Source: a virus (Duplodnaviria; Caudoviricetes). Taken from it: DNA of 60,490 nt. Location of the stretch: IMG/VR virus record IMGVR_UViG_3300035181_000419, positions 1 to 60,490 of that record; one strand, written 5' to 3'. How positions within the stretch are numbered: the first letter of the stretch is position 1; the number at the start of each line of letters is the position of its first letter. Shown here piece by piece: positions 36,250 to 44,911 of this stretch. The position numbers and the translations under genes are program-made. The notes beneath the pieces are model-generated. The model ran no database searches. It was given only the letters and a program-made list of their open reading frames with translations, and had not been told where the DNA came from.

Positions 36250-36876
36250 ATGAAGCCCTATACACGCAAAGAAATCGAGGCCTTCCAGGCTGACCCCAAA
36301 GGGTGGCTCAGGAAGAATGGCGGCTACAGGGCAGATCTTTCCGAGGTAGACCTCCATGACGCAGACCTCTCAGGTGTGGACCTCACCAGTGCAGACCTCA
36401 CCAACGCGAACCTCAGAGGGACGAACCTCTATGGGGCAAACCTCCGCGGGGTGGACCTCCGCGAGGCGGATCTAGCCGGGTCGGACCTCACCAGGGCCAA
36501 CCTCCATGGAGCGAACCTCTATGGTGCGAACCTATCTATGGTAAACCTCTCCGGATCAAACCTATCCGGGTCAAACCTATCAGGGGCTGACCTAGCCGTG
36601 TCGGATCTCTACGGCGCGGACCTTTATGGTGCAGACCTTACCGGGGCTGACCTTACCGGAGCAGGCCTCGCCGGAGCTGGCCTAACCGGGGCGGATCTCA
36701 CTGAGGCGGACCTAACCGGGGCAGACCTCACCAGGGCTGACCTCACCAGGGCGAATCTCCACGGAACGAACCTCTATGGAGCGAACCTCTATGGAGCGAA
36801 CCTCACAGGAGCGGACCTAACCGGGGCCAACCTCTATGGGGCGAACCTCCCTATGACAGAGCTCACCAGGCTCTAA
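36250..36876 (+). CDS. Pentapeptide-repeat protein
   Basis: ~35 A(D/N)LxG repeats; GGAGG RBS. Confidence 0.9.
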   Translation: MKPYTRKEIEAFQADPKGWLRKNGGYRADLSEVDLHDADLSGVDLTSADLTNANLRGTNLYGANLRGVDLREADLAGSDLTRANLHGANLYGANLSMVNLSGSNLSGSNLSGADLAVSDLYGADLYGADLTGADLTGAGLAGAGLTGADLTEADLTGADLTRADLTRANLHGTNLYGANLYGANLTGADLTGANLYGANLPMTELTRL

Positions 36877-36960
36877 GTTAGAAGGACGACGCATACAATC
36901 TACACTGTGGTGAAGCAACGGGGCCAGCCCATCACACCTAACCGGCCCCCCGGAGGAATC

Positions 36961-37146
36961 ATGGAATTGAGAGAAGTAATCCTACGCGAGATCCTGGTGC
37001 GGCAGGAGAACTACGCCGCCACTGTCCTGAAGGCGGCATCAGAGCACAATGCGTCGCTCCGGCAGTTGCTGGAAAAAGTCATGTCAGGCAGCGTCGCTGC
37101 TGACCAAGCGTCCCAGGCCAAGGAAAGTGGGGCTGGCAATGACTGA
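36961..37146 (+). CDS. Hypothetical protein
   Basis: GGAGG RBS; leader shared with 36250 gene. Confidence 0.65.
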   Translation: MELREVILREILVRQENYAATVLKAASEHNASLRQLLEKVMSGSVAADQASQAKESGAGND

Positions 37147-37423
37147 GCCCCTGCGTTCGCCCTGCGCCGACGACTGTGTTCATCCGGACCATGCAAAGGA
37201 CACCCCACGTACGGAGAGCGCAGATCTCAGCACCATCACTTACCTGGCCCAGTGCATCACTCGCCTTGAGAATGTCCTCTACGACTACAGGGCCATCTGC
37301 ATTAATCCTCAAGGGTCAGCCTACGCGGGACTCAGCAGCCTGCAAAAAGAATACGTCACACTTCTCAAGATGGGCGTGGAAATTTACGAGGCGAACAGCC
37401 AGAGGCCCCCATGGTCACGATGA
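37139..37423 (+). CDS. Hypothetical protein
   Basis: Overlapping start/stop with neighbours. Confidence 0.6.
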   Translation: MTEPLRSPCADDCVHPDHAKDTPRTESADLSTITYLAQCITRLENVLYDYRAICINPQGSAYAGLSSLQKEYVTLLKMGVEIYEANSQRPPWSR

Positions 37424-37596
37424 CTAACGACGAACTCGCGAAGGCCCTGGTGTGGGCTGACCAGATGCTACGCGCTTCTGGAACTGCTGCTGTCTACCAC
37501 GCCCTCTACGCAGACCATCTGAGTGCGCTGCTGCAGGAGCAGCGCCGGAGAGCGCTGGCCCGGAGTTCTGATCTGGTGCCCCACACAATACAATGA
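37420..37596 (+). CDS. Hypothetical protein
   Basis: ATGA coupling. Confidence 0.55.
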   Translation: MTNDELAKALVWADQMLRASGTAAVYHALYADHLSALLQEQRRRALARSSDLVPHTIQ

Positions 37597-37633
37597 CAAA
37601 TAGGGCCTAGTCGGCTGTCTATTAGGAGGGCTC

Positions 37634-37834
37634 ATGAACAGCGTCACCAAGCTAGAAGTTATCAGGCGTCTTTGTCTTCTGGCCTCTGAAGTTGGAACAA
37701 TGGTTTACAACGACGAGAGTGACCACGACTGCTTCTGCTCTATTCACGACGAGCACGATGAATTCCGATTTGACGAAGAAGTGATCGCCTTCATTGAGAG
37801 CACGGTCAGGCAGGCAATAATTGAGCGGTATTGA
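37634..37834 (+). CDS. Small acidic hypothetical protein
   Basis: AGGAGG RBS; DCFC. Confidence 0.7.
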   Translation: MNSVTKLEVIRRLCLLASEVGTMVYNDESDHDCFCSIHDEHDEFRFDEEVIAFIESTVRQAIIERY

Positions 37835-37897
37835 AGTGGCGCGCGAGGCACAGAAGCCGCATACTATAGTGTGGCAAACGGCCATGGGAGGCGGGCA

Positions 37898-38299
37898 ATG
37901 TTCAGCATCTACGGCAAGACGTTCCCATACCGAGAACAGCTCAAGGCACTTGGTTGTCGCTGGAACCCGTCGCTAAGGTGCTGGGAAACGAATAACCCGG
38001 TGGTGGCGCTTAAGTGCGATGGCTGGCTTGGCGTGACGGTTATGGGCGAAGTGAGTAAGCCCACAGAGGATCTTCGCATCGAGTATCCTAGCCGAGGTGC
38101 CACCTACTATGACGAAGAATATGGGGTCTACAAGTATTCCAAGTATCCCAAGCGCGATGCGCGAGCGGGCCAGCAGAGACGCCAGTTTCTCGGATCATAC
38201 ATAACGCTTGACTTGGCGAAGGCCGCCCACCCCACAGCGGTCTTGGTGAGCACCTCTGGGTATTACGAGCCCTTTGCGGGCATCCTTGCTGGGGAGTAG
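37898..38299 (+). CDS. Hypothetical protein
   Basis: GKTFPYREQLKALGCRWNP motif; GGGAGG RBS. Confidence 0.7.
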   Translation: MFSIYGKTFPYREQLKALGCRWNPSLRCWETNNPVVALKCDGWLGVTVMGEVSKPTEDLRIEYPSRGATYYDEEYGVYKYSKYPKRDARAGQQRRQFLGSYITLDLAKAAHPTAVLVSTSGYYEPFAGILAGE

Positions 38300-38304
38300 C
38301 GCAT

Positions 38305-38532
38305 ATGAGCGATAAGTTCACGCTGTGGTTTCGAAAGAAGATTGTGGTGAATACAGACCCACAGCGGCGGTGCTATGATGGGTGCAACTTCAGCGAAGAA
38401 ACGGTGTTGACAGAGTGGGAAGAGATCTACTCTAGCAGCAGCAAAGATGATCTTGAAGACAGTGCAGTCCGGTTCAAACGCATCAATAAGAACTCCGAGT
38501 ATAAGGTTATTGAACAGGGGGCAAGGCCATGA
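38305..38532 (+). CDS. Hypothetical protein
   Basis: VNTDPQRRCYDG; GGAG RBS. Confidence 0.7.
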   Translation: MSDKFTLWFRKKIVVNTDPQRRCYDGCNFSEETVLTEWEEIYSSSSKDDLEDSAVRFKRINKNSEYKVIEQGARP

Positions 38533-38858
38533 CCGCACTTCACCGACTTACAGGTATTCGCGAGGACTACGCGGCAAGGCTCCGAGAGGCAAGGGCGTTC
38601 GCCCTTGCCACCGACATCGCTAGCGAGGCGACGGACGGAATGCTCAAGCCCTGGCTGCTTGAAGCCTTCGAGCAGGACGTCGCACTGATCGCCCCCTGCC
38701 AGGAGCATGCGTTCGCGATGGTGCTGTCGGAAGTAGGCCCCGAGGGGGTCTACTCGGAGAGCCTAGGGCGCAGCATCGCGCCAACCGACTTCAGGAAGCT
38801 ACCTCCTGAGTATGTAGCCATCATGGTGGAGCTGATGAACGAAAAGGAGATGGCGTGA
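38529..38858 (+). CDS. Hypothetical protein
   Basis: ATGA coupling. Confidence 0.65.
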   Translation: MTALHRLTGIREDYAARLREARAFALATDIASEATDGMLKPWLLEAFEQDVALIAPCQEHAFAMVLSEVGPEGVYSESLGRSIAPTDFRKLPPEYVAIMVELMNEKEMA

Positions 38859-39223
38859 TGCGGACAGCGAAGATAAAGAGGGCGCTGGCGATGCTTGAGA
38901 AACTTGGCATTGGACACGGCACGCCCGAGAACCCGGCAGAAGAGTTCTTCGTGGCTGTGGAGGCCCAGAATGAACTCATGTCTCTTGTGACCTGCGTGGC
39001 AGGTCTGCGGAGCGATAATCGCACACTTCGCGAGGCGCAGACAGAGGCCCACAAGCGGAGAACGGAGGAATTGCAGAAGAACATGGCTCGTGTCAAAGAT
39101 GTAGCCCAATACATCTATGATAAAGGGCACCACAAGGACTGCCCTAAGATCCAGGGCATCGATGATAATGATTGCGACTGCGGCTACGCCGAGGCCATGG
39201 GCAATCTGAAGGCACTGCTATGA
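38855..39223 (+). CDS. Coiled-coil protein with C-terminal HxxxC...CxC
   Basis: AAGGAG RBS; HHKDCP...CDCG. Confidence 0.65.
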   Translation: MMRTAKIKRALAMLEKLGIGHGTPENPAEEFFVAVEAQNELMSLVTCVAGLRSDNRTLREAQTEAHKRRTEELQKNMARVKDVAQYIYDKGHHKDCPKIQGIDDNDCDCGYAEAMGNLKALL

Positions 39224-39242
39224 CACCTGCCTACCGGGCACA

Positions 39243-39289
39243 CTTTGACTAAAGGTTGAGCCAGCCTCTGGCCCAACGAGCCTTATACT
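39243..39289 (+). promoter_or_regulatory. Direct-repeat-type phage promoter
   Basis: CTTTGACTAAAGGTTGA-N24-TATACT. Confidence 0.7.
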
Positions 39290-39325
39290 TATTGCACGGG
39301 CGCCCAGGCCCCACAAGGAGCAAGC

Positions 39326-39637
39326 ATGGCGAAAGACTTTTACCAAATGATCCTGGCCCATGGAGAGCTTGGCAGCACACCTGAAGCTCACCCAACCTTT
39401 GACATGGGCGTCATGGGGCTGAAAGAAGGCACCTATTTGGCCGAGGCGCTCACTACTGCAAGCGGGCACGCGGACACCTATATGTTTGAGGGAACCACCA
39501 TCAATGTCCTGCAGGCATGGGGCAATCCGGAGTATAGGTTCTGGGCACTGCCGCTTCACGACGAACAGTGCGTGGAAGCCTGCTACCAGTTTGCTGAGCG
39601 GTGGATGGAAGTTCCTGCCGACCAGGATCCCCGATGA
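39326..39637 (+). CDS. Hypothetical protein
   Basis: AAGGAG RBS after promoter. Confidence 0.7.
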   Translation: MAKDFYQMILAHGELGSTPEAHPTFDMGVMGLKEGTYLAEALTTASGHADTYMFEGTTINVLQAWGNPEYRFWALPLHDEQCVEACYQFAERWMEVPADQDPR

Positions 39638-39834
39638 GCCAGCACGACTTGAACCTTCTCATCAAGGATACCATTTCAGACGCGGTGGGGAATCTGCTCT
39701 ACTACCACCGCAAGGAAGACTCAGAACTTCCGGTGGGGTGCATTGACCAAGCCGTTCGCGACGGAGTAATCACCATTGATGAAATGGTTGAGGAATTCCG
39801 TTACGAACTGACCAAGGGCCTCAAGCATGGGTAG
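39634..39834 (+). CDS. Hypothetical protein
   Basis: LLYYHRKEDSELPVG.I motif; ATGA coupling. Confidence 0.7.
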   Translation: MSQHDLNLLIKDTISDAVGNLLYYHRKEDSELPVGCIDQAVRDGVITIDEMVEEFRYELTKGLKHG

Positions 39835-40210
39835 ACACCCCCGGCTGGCTCACAGCATAACGGAGATCCTAGAGGCGCAGAGCGAAGCGCATCGCAACGG
39901 GCATCTGTTGGTGTGGACGGACTTAGCCGGGCAGCGCAGCATCGGAGTGTGCGAGTGCGGGGCCAGCTTGCAGATAAACGGAGACAATGCGTTCCAGCCA
40001 GTCGTGGTAAGCGGCACTGACATACCGCACAGCGAGATTCAATTTCTGAATAAGGGGGAGATGGCTCGGGAGCGCCGCAGACTGCTAAGCGTCCCCCATC
40101 CCTCTATACCTGTCGCGCCGAAGCCGGGGCCTGGAGAAAGGCCGCCCATAACGGCTGACTTTGCAAGACAGCAGGCCGCATCAACGCAGTGGAGGAAGAA
40201 AAAGCGATGA
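39827..40210 (+). CDS. Hypothetical protein
   Basis: Coupled ORF, CECG. Confidence 0.55.
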   Translation: MGRHPRLAHSITEILEAQSEAHRNGHLLVWTDLAGQRSIGVCECGASLQINGDNAFQPVVVSGTDIPHSEIQFLNKGEMARERRRLLSVPHPSIPVAPKPGPGERPPITADFARQQAASTQWRKKKR

Positions 40211-40455
40211 TTGCCGTGTCAACCCCCGAGCAGTTGCTTATGGAAGCCAAGTTGCGCAGTGGGGCACCCGTGGCCCGCCTTACCCTGAAGCATGTCAGGC
40301 GCGTGCCGGATGGCCCCTGGTGGCCCCTCTACCAGCTTACCCTATACGGTGCCCTGCACCGCACGCTTAACGCGCAGGATGGCTTGTTTTTGGAAGTGTT
40401 GTTTGACCTTTACGCCCCGAAGGGCGCTATCATAAGGAGGTATAGATGGAGATGA
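40207..40455 (+). CDS. Hypothetical protein (GA/TC-poor)
   Basis: ATGA coupling; overlaps possible promoter. Confidence 0.5.
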   Translation: MIAVSTPEQLLMEAKLRSGAPVARLTLKHVRRVPDGPWWPLYQLTLYGALHRTLNAQDGLFLEVLFDLYAPKGAIIRRYRWR

Positions 40456-40811
40456 AGGAATTCATTCGCCTACTCGCCAAGGAAAGCCCTGGCAAGCAGA
40501 TTCTTGTCTGGGCGTGGGAATGGAAACTTGCCCACCCGATGGGCACGGTGAGCGAGTTCTTTCTGGCTCAGAGAGCCAAGGGGAAAGATGGCGAAGTGTG
40601 GGGTATCTGGACGGGCCCGACGACCAAGAATCTCTACTGGTGTTTCGTTAACATGCTGGACTACCGGGGGCGCAAGAAGGTGTGGAACGAGGATATGCAC
40701 TGTCGCGCCATCAATGCTTTGGCCCGCAAGTGCGGATACGGGGGCATGTATGGGATGACGCGAAATGCAGTTGCTGAGGCACTGGCGCGGGCTTACGAGG
40801 AGGAAGTGTGA
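40446..40811 (+). CDS. Hypothetical protein
   Basis: AAGGAGG RBS. Confidence 0.7.
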   Translation: MEMKEFIRLLAKESPGKQILVWAWEWKLAHPMGTVSEFFLAQRAKGKDGEVWGIWTGPTTKNLYWCFVNMLDYRGRKKVWNEDMHCRAINALARKCGYGGMYGMTRNAVAEALARAYEEEV

Positions 40812-40835
40812 TGGTGGTCATGATAGGGACAGAAT

Positions 40836-40985
40836 ATGATTGACTTCCTGAAGTTCTGCACTTCCGATTTTTGGAAGTTCTTCGCCGTAATCACCATCAT
40901 ATACACGGTAGGAAGTGTTGCAGTCAAACTCATCCAAGCCGCGCTGACAGGATTGGCGCTTATGATCTGGGGCCCTAAGAAATAA
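40836..40985 (+). CDS. 49-aa membrane microprotein (not in track)
   Basis: MIDFLKFCTSDFWKFFAVITIIYTVGSVAV... Confidence 0.55.
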   Translation: MIDFLKFCTSDFWKFFAVITIIYTVGSVAVKLIQAALTGLALMIWGPKK

Positions 40986-41028
40986 GTCAATCAGTGCTCA
41001 TAACCGATGTTCCGCTTCAGGTGGAGAT

Positions 41029-41133
41029 ATGACCACAATAGCAATCATCCTCGTAGTGTTTCTGGGGCTGGCCTACCTTCGGTATAGGCGCCAGGAGAAC
41101 CACCGAAAGAACTTCAAGGGCCTGCACAAATGA
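41029..41133 (+). CDS. 34-aa membrane microprotein (not in track)
   Basis: MTTIAIILVVFLGLAYLRYRR...; GGAG RBS. Confidence 0.55.
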   Translation: MTTIAIILVVFLGLAYLRYRRQENHRKNFKGLHK

Positions 41134-41282
41134 GTAAGTGGGAGCGAGCAGGGTGGTTCGTTTATGGAATGATACTGGCCGTCCTAGCAGTTAGGCAGAC
41201 GCAGGTGCCCGAGCGTGTCATTGTATCCGCCTTTTCAGTTGTGTTCATGACAATGGCGCGCACAGGCAGGCCAAAACATTGA
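41130..41282 (+). CDS. 50-aa membrane microprotein (not in track)
   Basis: MSKWERAGWFVYGMILAVLAV...; ATGA coupling. Confidence 0.5.
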   Translation: MSKWERAGWFVYGMILAVLAVRQTQVPERVIVSAFSVVFMTMARTGRPKH

Positions 41283-41287
41283 ATAAA

Positions 41288-41333
41288 GTTTGATGCAACT
41301 TTGACTTGCGCCCGCTTTGTTGAAGCATATGCT
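41288..41333 (+). promoter_or_regulatory. Direct-repeat-type phage promoter
   Basis: GTTTGATGCAACTTTGA-N23-TATGCT, also TTGCGC. Confidence 0.7.
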
Positions 41334-41416
41334 TGTGTATGTAGGGCACCGGCAGCGTCCCGCGGCCACCCCTTCTAACCAGTGGCTCACGCCACCCTGT
41401 TACAAAGGAGCCTATC

Positions 41417-41827
41417 ATGGCTGCTACTTCCACCAAGATCCCCGCTGGTTCGCGCCCCGCCCCGGCGCTCCCCGCCGCCCCCAAGGCGAAGGTCCAGCCC
41501 ATCAAGCAGGCCGACGTCCCCGAGGGCGTTGCCAAGGCTGTCCGCGGCCATCTCGCTGACCGCCCCACCTGTTCCGCTATCCGCAAGGAGATCGCGAACA
41601 GCGACATCATCACCAAGGCGGCCGACACCACGGCGCGGCAGGGGTCGCTGCGCTACAACATCATGAAGGCCATCCAGGCGTCCGCGACGGTGGCCGAGGC
41701 CATCTCCAAGGAGGTCCACGGCCCCGGCAAGCACGAGGCGCTGGACAAGCCCTACCGCATCAAGCGGGTGGATGTCGGGTTCGCGCGGGCCAACGGGCTC
41801 ATCACGCTGACCAAGGCGGACAAGTAG
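41417..41827 (+). CDS. Basic A/K/P-tailed putative DNA-binding protein (paralogue 2)
   Basis: ARQGSLRYNI...ATVAEAI...DVGFARANGLITL; AAAGGAG RBS; strong GC3 bias. Confidence 0.75.
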   Translation: MAATSTKIPAGSRPAPALPAAPKAKVQPIKQADVPEGVAKAVRGHLADRPTCSAIRKEIANSDIITKAADTTARQGSLRYNIMKAIQASATVAEAISKEVHGPGKHEALDKPYRIKRVDVGFARANGLITLTKADK

Positions 41828-41884
41828 TCAAACCTCCATGGGCCAGGGCTCACACCCTGGCCCATGGCCTATTCTGGAGCGATC

Positions 41885-42097
41885 ATGTATTCCGAAGTAA
41901 ACTACAAGTCCAAGAAGGCCATGAAAGAAGCCATCGCCGCAAATGGTGACGCGGGCGGTGTCTACAACCCGGGGCTCGGCGAAGAACCGCCCACGAACGG
42001 GGTGGTCGCGCTGGAAGGCCCCCACTACCCCCAGCCTCACACTTGGTATGCGCGGGTTCAGCTCAAGGACGGCCTCATCGTGAAGGTGCTGCAATGA
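41885..42097 (+). CDS. Phage hypothetical protein
   Basis: NYKSKKAMKEA...EGPHYPQPHTWYARV. Confidence 0.7.
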   Translation: MYSEVNYKSKKAMKEAIAANGDAGGVYNPGLGEEPPTNGVVALEGPHYPQPHTWYARVQLKDGLIVKVLQ

Positions 42098-42234
42098 TCA
42101 ACGGAAAGCACAGGAAGAAGGTGCAGGATAAGAAGTCCAAGGCCCTAGCTATCAAGAAAGATATGCGCGATAGGGCCAAGAAGACCGAAGTGGCACGCGC
42201 ACGAAAGAAGACAACGGAGGCGGCCCCGTGGTGA
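42094..42234 (+). CDS. Small Lys-rich protein
   Basis: ATGA coupling. Confidence 0.5.
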   Translation: MINGKHRKKVQDKKSKALAIKKDMRDRAKKTEVARARKKTTEAAPW

Positions 42235-42431
42235 TTTACGACGTTGAACGAAGCGATGACTCTATCAAGGTTTATGGGCGCTGTCCGTTCTGCGGGAAAA
42301 GCTGGGAAGTTTCCATGAGTATCACGGAATACACCAGATGGTGCTACAGCGAGGAGACTGTTCAAAAAATATTTCCTGATCGTTCTCCTGCTGAGCGCGA
42401 ACTTTTGATCAACGGCGTGTGCTGCGACTGA
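42228..42431 (+). CDS. Small zinc-binding protein
   Basis: CPFCG...SPAERELLINGVCCD. Confidence 0.7.
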   Translation: MVIYDVERSDDSIKVYGRCPFCGKSWEVSMSITEYTRWCYSEETVQKIFPDRSPAERELLINGVCCD

Positions 42432-42459
42432 CGCGACGTTCCTATAAGGGGAAAGTCCA

Positions 42460-42573
42460 ATGTGCATCGTAATCTTCATAATCGTAGGCTTCCTGATCTT
42501 CGTGCCTCCAGTTGGAGTACTCTTGTTACTGATGCTGGTGATCGCAGCGTGTGCCAAATTCCTTTTCAAGTGA
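42460..42573 (+). CDS. 37-aa membrane microprotein (not in track)
   Basis: MCIVIFIIVGFLIFVPPVGVLLLLMLVIAACAKFLFK; AAGGGG RBS. Confidence 0.55.
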   Translation: MCIVIFIIVGFLIFVPPVGVLLLLMLVIAACAKFLFK

Positions 42574-42806
42574 CACCGGCGCCGGTTTGGGGCGCCATGC
42601 CCCGCGTATGGCGCGGCATTCAACTGGGCCCCAGACCGCCTCAGGCGCGGCTCTGCGGTGTGGGGCGTAGGGGTGTGCTGTGGGGCCGCCCGGCCCGCCA
42701 CGGTGCCTCTATGGGCCTGTGTTAAGGACCAAAAGGTTGATTTGGCGCCGATATTATTGATGCCGTATGCTTTAGGTGGGCCAAGCGGCCCTAGAAGGGG
42801 ATAATC

Positions 42807-43034
42807 ATGGAAACGACTGGCACGCCAAGAGAACCGGAGTTCAATCAGGCCATCACCCAAACTTCAAGCGGCTTTGCCTCCAAGTGCTGCTACGATGACG
42901 CCGCTCCCCGCAAGGGGCCGAGTTTCCGGTATAACCCGGCCACTTACCGATACGAGCCACAGCTTGTTTCCTTCACAGACTTCGACAAGTCATTCCTTGC
43001 GCAGATTGGGTGGGATGCCTCGAGGGTCAAGTGA
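42807..43034 (+). CDS. Hypothetical protein
   Basis: AAGGGG RBS after TGGCGC-N17-TATGCT. Confidence 0.65.
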   Translation: METTGTPREPEFNQAITQTSSGFASKCCYDDAAPRKGPSFRYNPATYRYEPQLVSFTDFDKSFLAQIGWDASRVK

Positions 43035-43186
43035 TTATCTTCTGGATAATTCTTCTGTGCCTACTACTGGGGTTCAGATTGCCAGCTATCATGGTAATAC
43101 TTGGGCTGATAATGCTTGGCTCCTTGGTGAAATTTCTGGCCGCAGGGCTGCCCAGCATGAGTATCAGGGGCAGGGGCCGCAATTGA
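43031..43186 (+). CDS. 51-aa membrane microprotein (not in track)
   Basis: MIIFWIILLCLLLGFRLPAIMVILGLIMLGSLVKF... Confidence 0.5.
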   Translation: MIIFWIILLCLLLGFRLPAIMVILGLIMLGSLVKFLAAGLPSMSIRGRGRN

Positions 43187-43264
43187 GGCAAAATAGAATT
43201 GCGTTGGGTAATGGCGACATTTATGCTTGCATATGGGCACGGTGCCCACACAAGGAGACCGGCA

Positions 43265-43513
43265 ATGAGCCACGACTTGATCGCCCGCAACTCGAAGTCT
43301 AGAGTTCGCGGGCCTGTGTTCTTTGTCGGTATTGCCAAGCCCACGAACGGGCACGGTGGTTCTGATGAAGGTGCCAGGAACATCTATAGGATGGGCCGGG
43401 TCTATGGAACCATCCTTTACGCAGAGGAAGTGTTCTTCCTTCCGCTTACAACGAAACCCAGCATCACGCCATGCGACTGTGCAGATTGCAGGAACGCGGT
43501 GGCCCATGTCTGA
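43265..43513 (+). CDS. Hypothetical protein with C-terminal CxCxxC
   Basis: AAGGAG RBS after TTGCGT-N17-TATGCT. Confidence 0.65.
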   Translation: MSHDLIARNSKSRVRGPVFFVGIAKPTNGHGGSDEGARNIYRMGRVYGTILYAEEVFFLPLTTKPSITPCDCADCRNAVAHV

Positions 43514-43880
43514 GACATGTGTTCTTTACACGACTAAGGTGTGCCACGAGCGAGTCAAGGTCGGCAGTATCCTTTGTAGCACGATGCGTGGCGCACTCCT
43601 GAAAGTAATTGAGGTCCGCACTAATGGGGGCCTCCTGGCCGAGACCTACGGAGGATTCCTTCACGGGCGCATCTCCCCCGCAGTCAAACCACGCCGGACG
43701 GCACTGATCCAGCCTTATTCTGACAGTGCCAAGATCTACAATGTCCCGAGTGGTGATGGCAAGGTGCTCAGCGGAGAAATGTTCTGCTGCTACCGCCATG
43801 TCACCTTAGTTCCAGTGGCAGAAGTCACACGCACCTTCCTCGACGATGGTTCTGTCCTCATCAACAGCAGTATTCTATAG
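43506..43880 (+). CDS. Hypothetical protein
   Basis: Coupled ORF. Confidence 0.55.
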   Translation: MSETCVLYTTKVCHERVKVGSILCSTMRGALLKVIEVRTNGGLLAETYGGFLHGRISPAVKPRRTALIQPYSDSAKIYNVPSGDGKVLSGEMFCCYRHVTLVPVAEVTRTFLDDGSVLINSSIL

Positions 43881-43889
43881 GAGCCCAGT

Positions 43890-44078
43890 GTGCATATCCA
43901 CGAAAGCATCACCCCCGAACGAGTTGCAGAAATGGCTAAAAGAGACGACTGCGAAGGCATCTGCATCGCCTGTGGTGAGGATGCCTGCGGGGTTGAACCC
44001 GACGCGCGGAACTACGAGTGCGAGTGCTGCGGGGCGCACAAGGTGTTCGGTGCAGAAGAACTTCTTTTCATTGTTTGA
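43890..44078 (+). CDS. Small zinc-ribbon protein
   Basis: CIACG...VEPDARNYECECCG. Confidence 0.75.
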   Translation: MHIHESITPERVAEMAKRDDCEGICIACGEDACGVEPDARNYECECCGAHKVFGAEELLFIV

Positions 44079-44087
44079 GGGGCGTAA

Positions 44088-44285
44088 ATGGATAAGATCT
44101 TCCACATCCACGGGTGGGCGTCAGACGGAAAGCCGCTTATTCGGCATGGGACTGAGATCATGGGCGCGGCTCTCGGTAAGAAAGACCGAGCAACTCTGGC
44201 TTCGCTTAAAGTTGGGGAATCCTTCACCCCTTTGTTCACAACCCTGTCAGGTAAGATCGCCTACCGTGTGGAGCGTGTCCAGTGA
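44088..44285 (+). CDS. Hypothetical protein
   Basis: GAGGGG RBS. Confidence 0.6.
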   Translation: MDKIFHIHGWASDGKPLIRHGTEIMGAALGKKDRATLASLKVGESFTPLFTTLSGKIAYRVERVQ

Positions 44286-44911
44286 AGACTCCCTCTGTCC
44301 ATGAACAAATCAGAGCCTATGGGGGAGAGACACTGTCAAATGAACAGATCATTGATCTGTTGCTCCCAGGTATGGGGCCGGGGCATCTGGGCGCATGGCG
44401 CCTCAGCGAACTCATTAGCATGAGTGGACAGCAGCTTGTGGAAGAGTGCGAGCTAACGAAGCTCCAAGCATCGCGGATCGTAGCTCTTGGTGAATTCGTC
44501 CGCAGGTGTGGCGCCCCCTCAAAACACGCTTGCATCAATACTCCCCGGTTGGCCGGAGAATATCTACTTCCGAAAGCTAAGGGTTTGACAGAGGAGGTAT
44601 TCGGTGTCGTGTGCCTTAACTCCAGAGCGCGCGTTATATCTGATCGCATTGTCTCAAAGGGAACGTCTACGGGGACTCTCGTTGGACCACGCGAAGTTCT
44701 TAGAGAAGCGCTTCTTAGAGGGGCCGTGTCCGTGCTCGTGTGGCACAACCATCCGAGCGGCGATCCAAGCCCTAGCCGAGAAGACATATCTCTCACGCGA
44801 CGTCTCCGCGCAGGATGCGATGCTATCGGAGTTCCTCTTGCGGACCACATCATTGTGGGCGAAGACACCTACCACAGTTTCAGATCCTCGGAGGGCTGGG
44901 ATGTTAGATGA
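44282..44911 (+). CDS. radC: RadC-family JAB domain protein (full length)
   Basis: HNHPSGDPSPSRED...DHIIVG plus N-terminal helical part. Confidence 0.92.
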   Translation: MKTPSVHEQIRAYGGETLSNEQIIDLLLPGMGPGHLGAWRLSELISMSGQQLVEECELTKLQASRIVALGEFVRRCGAPSKHACINTPRLAGEYLLPKAKGLTEEVFGVVCLNSRARVISDRIVSKGTSTGTLVGPREVLREALLRGAVSVLVWHNHPSGDPSPSREDISLTRRLRAGCDAIGVPLADHIIVGEDTYHSFRSSEGWDVR

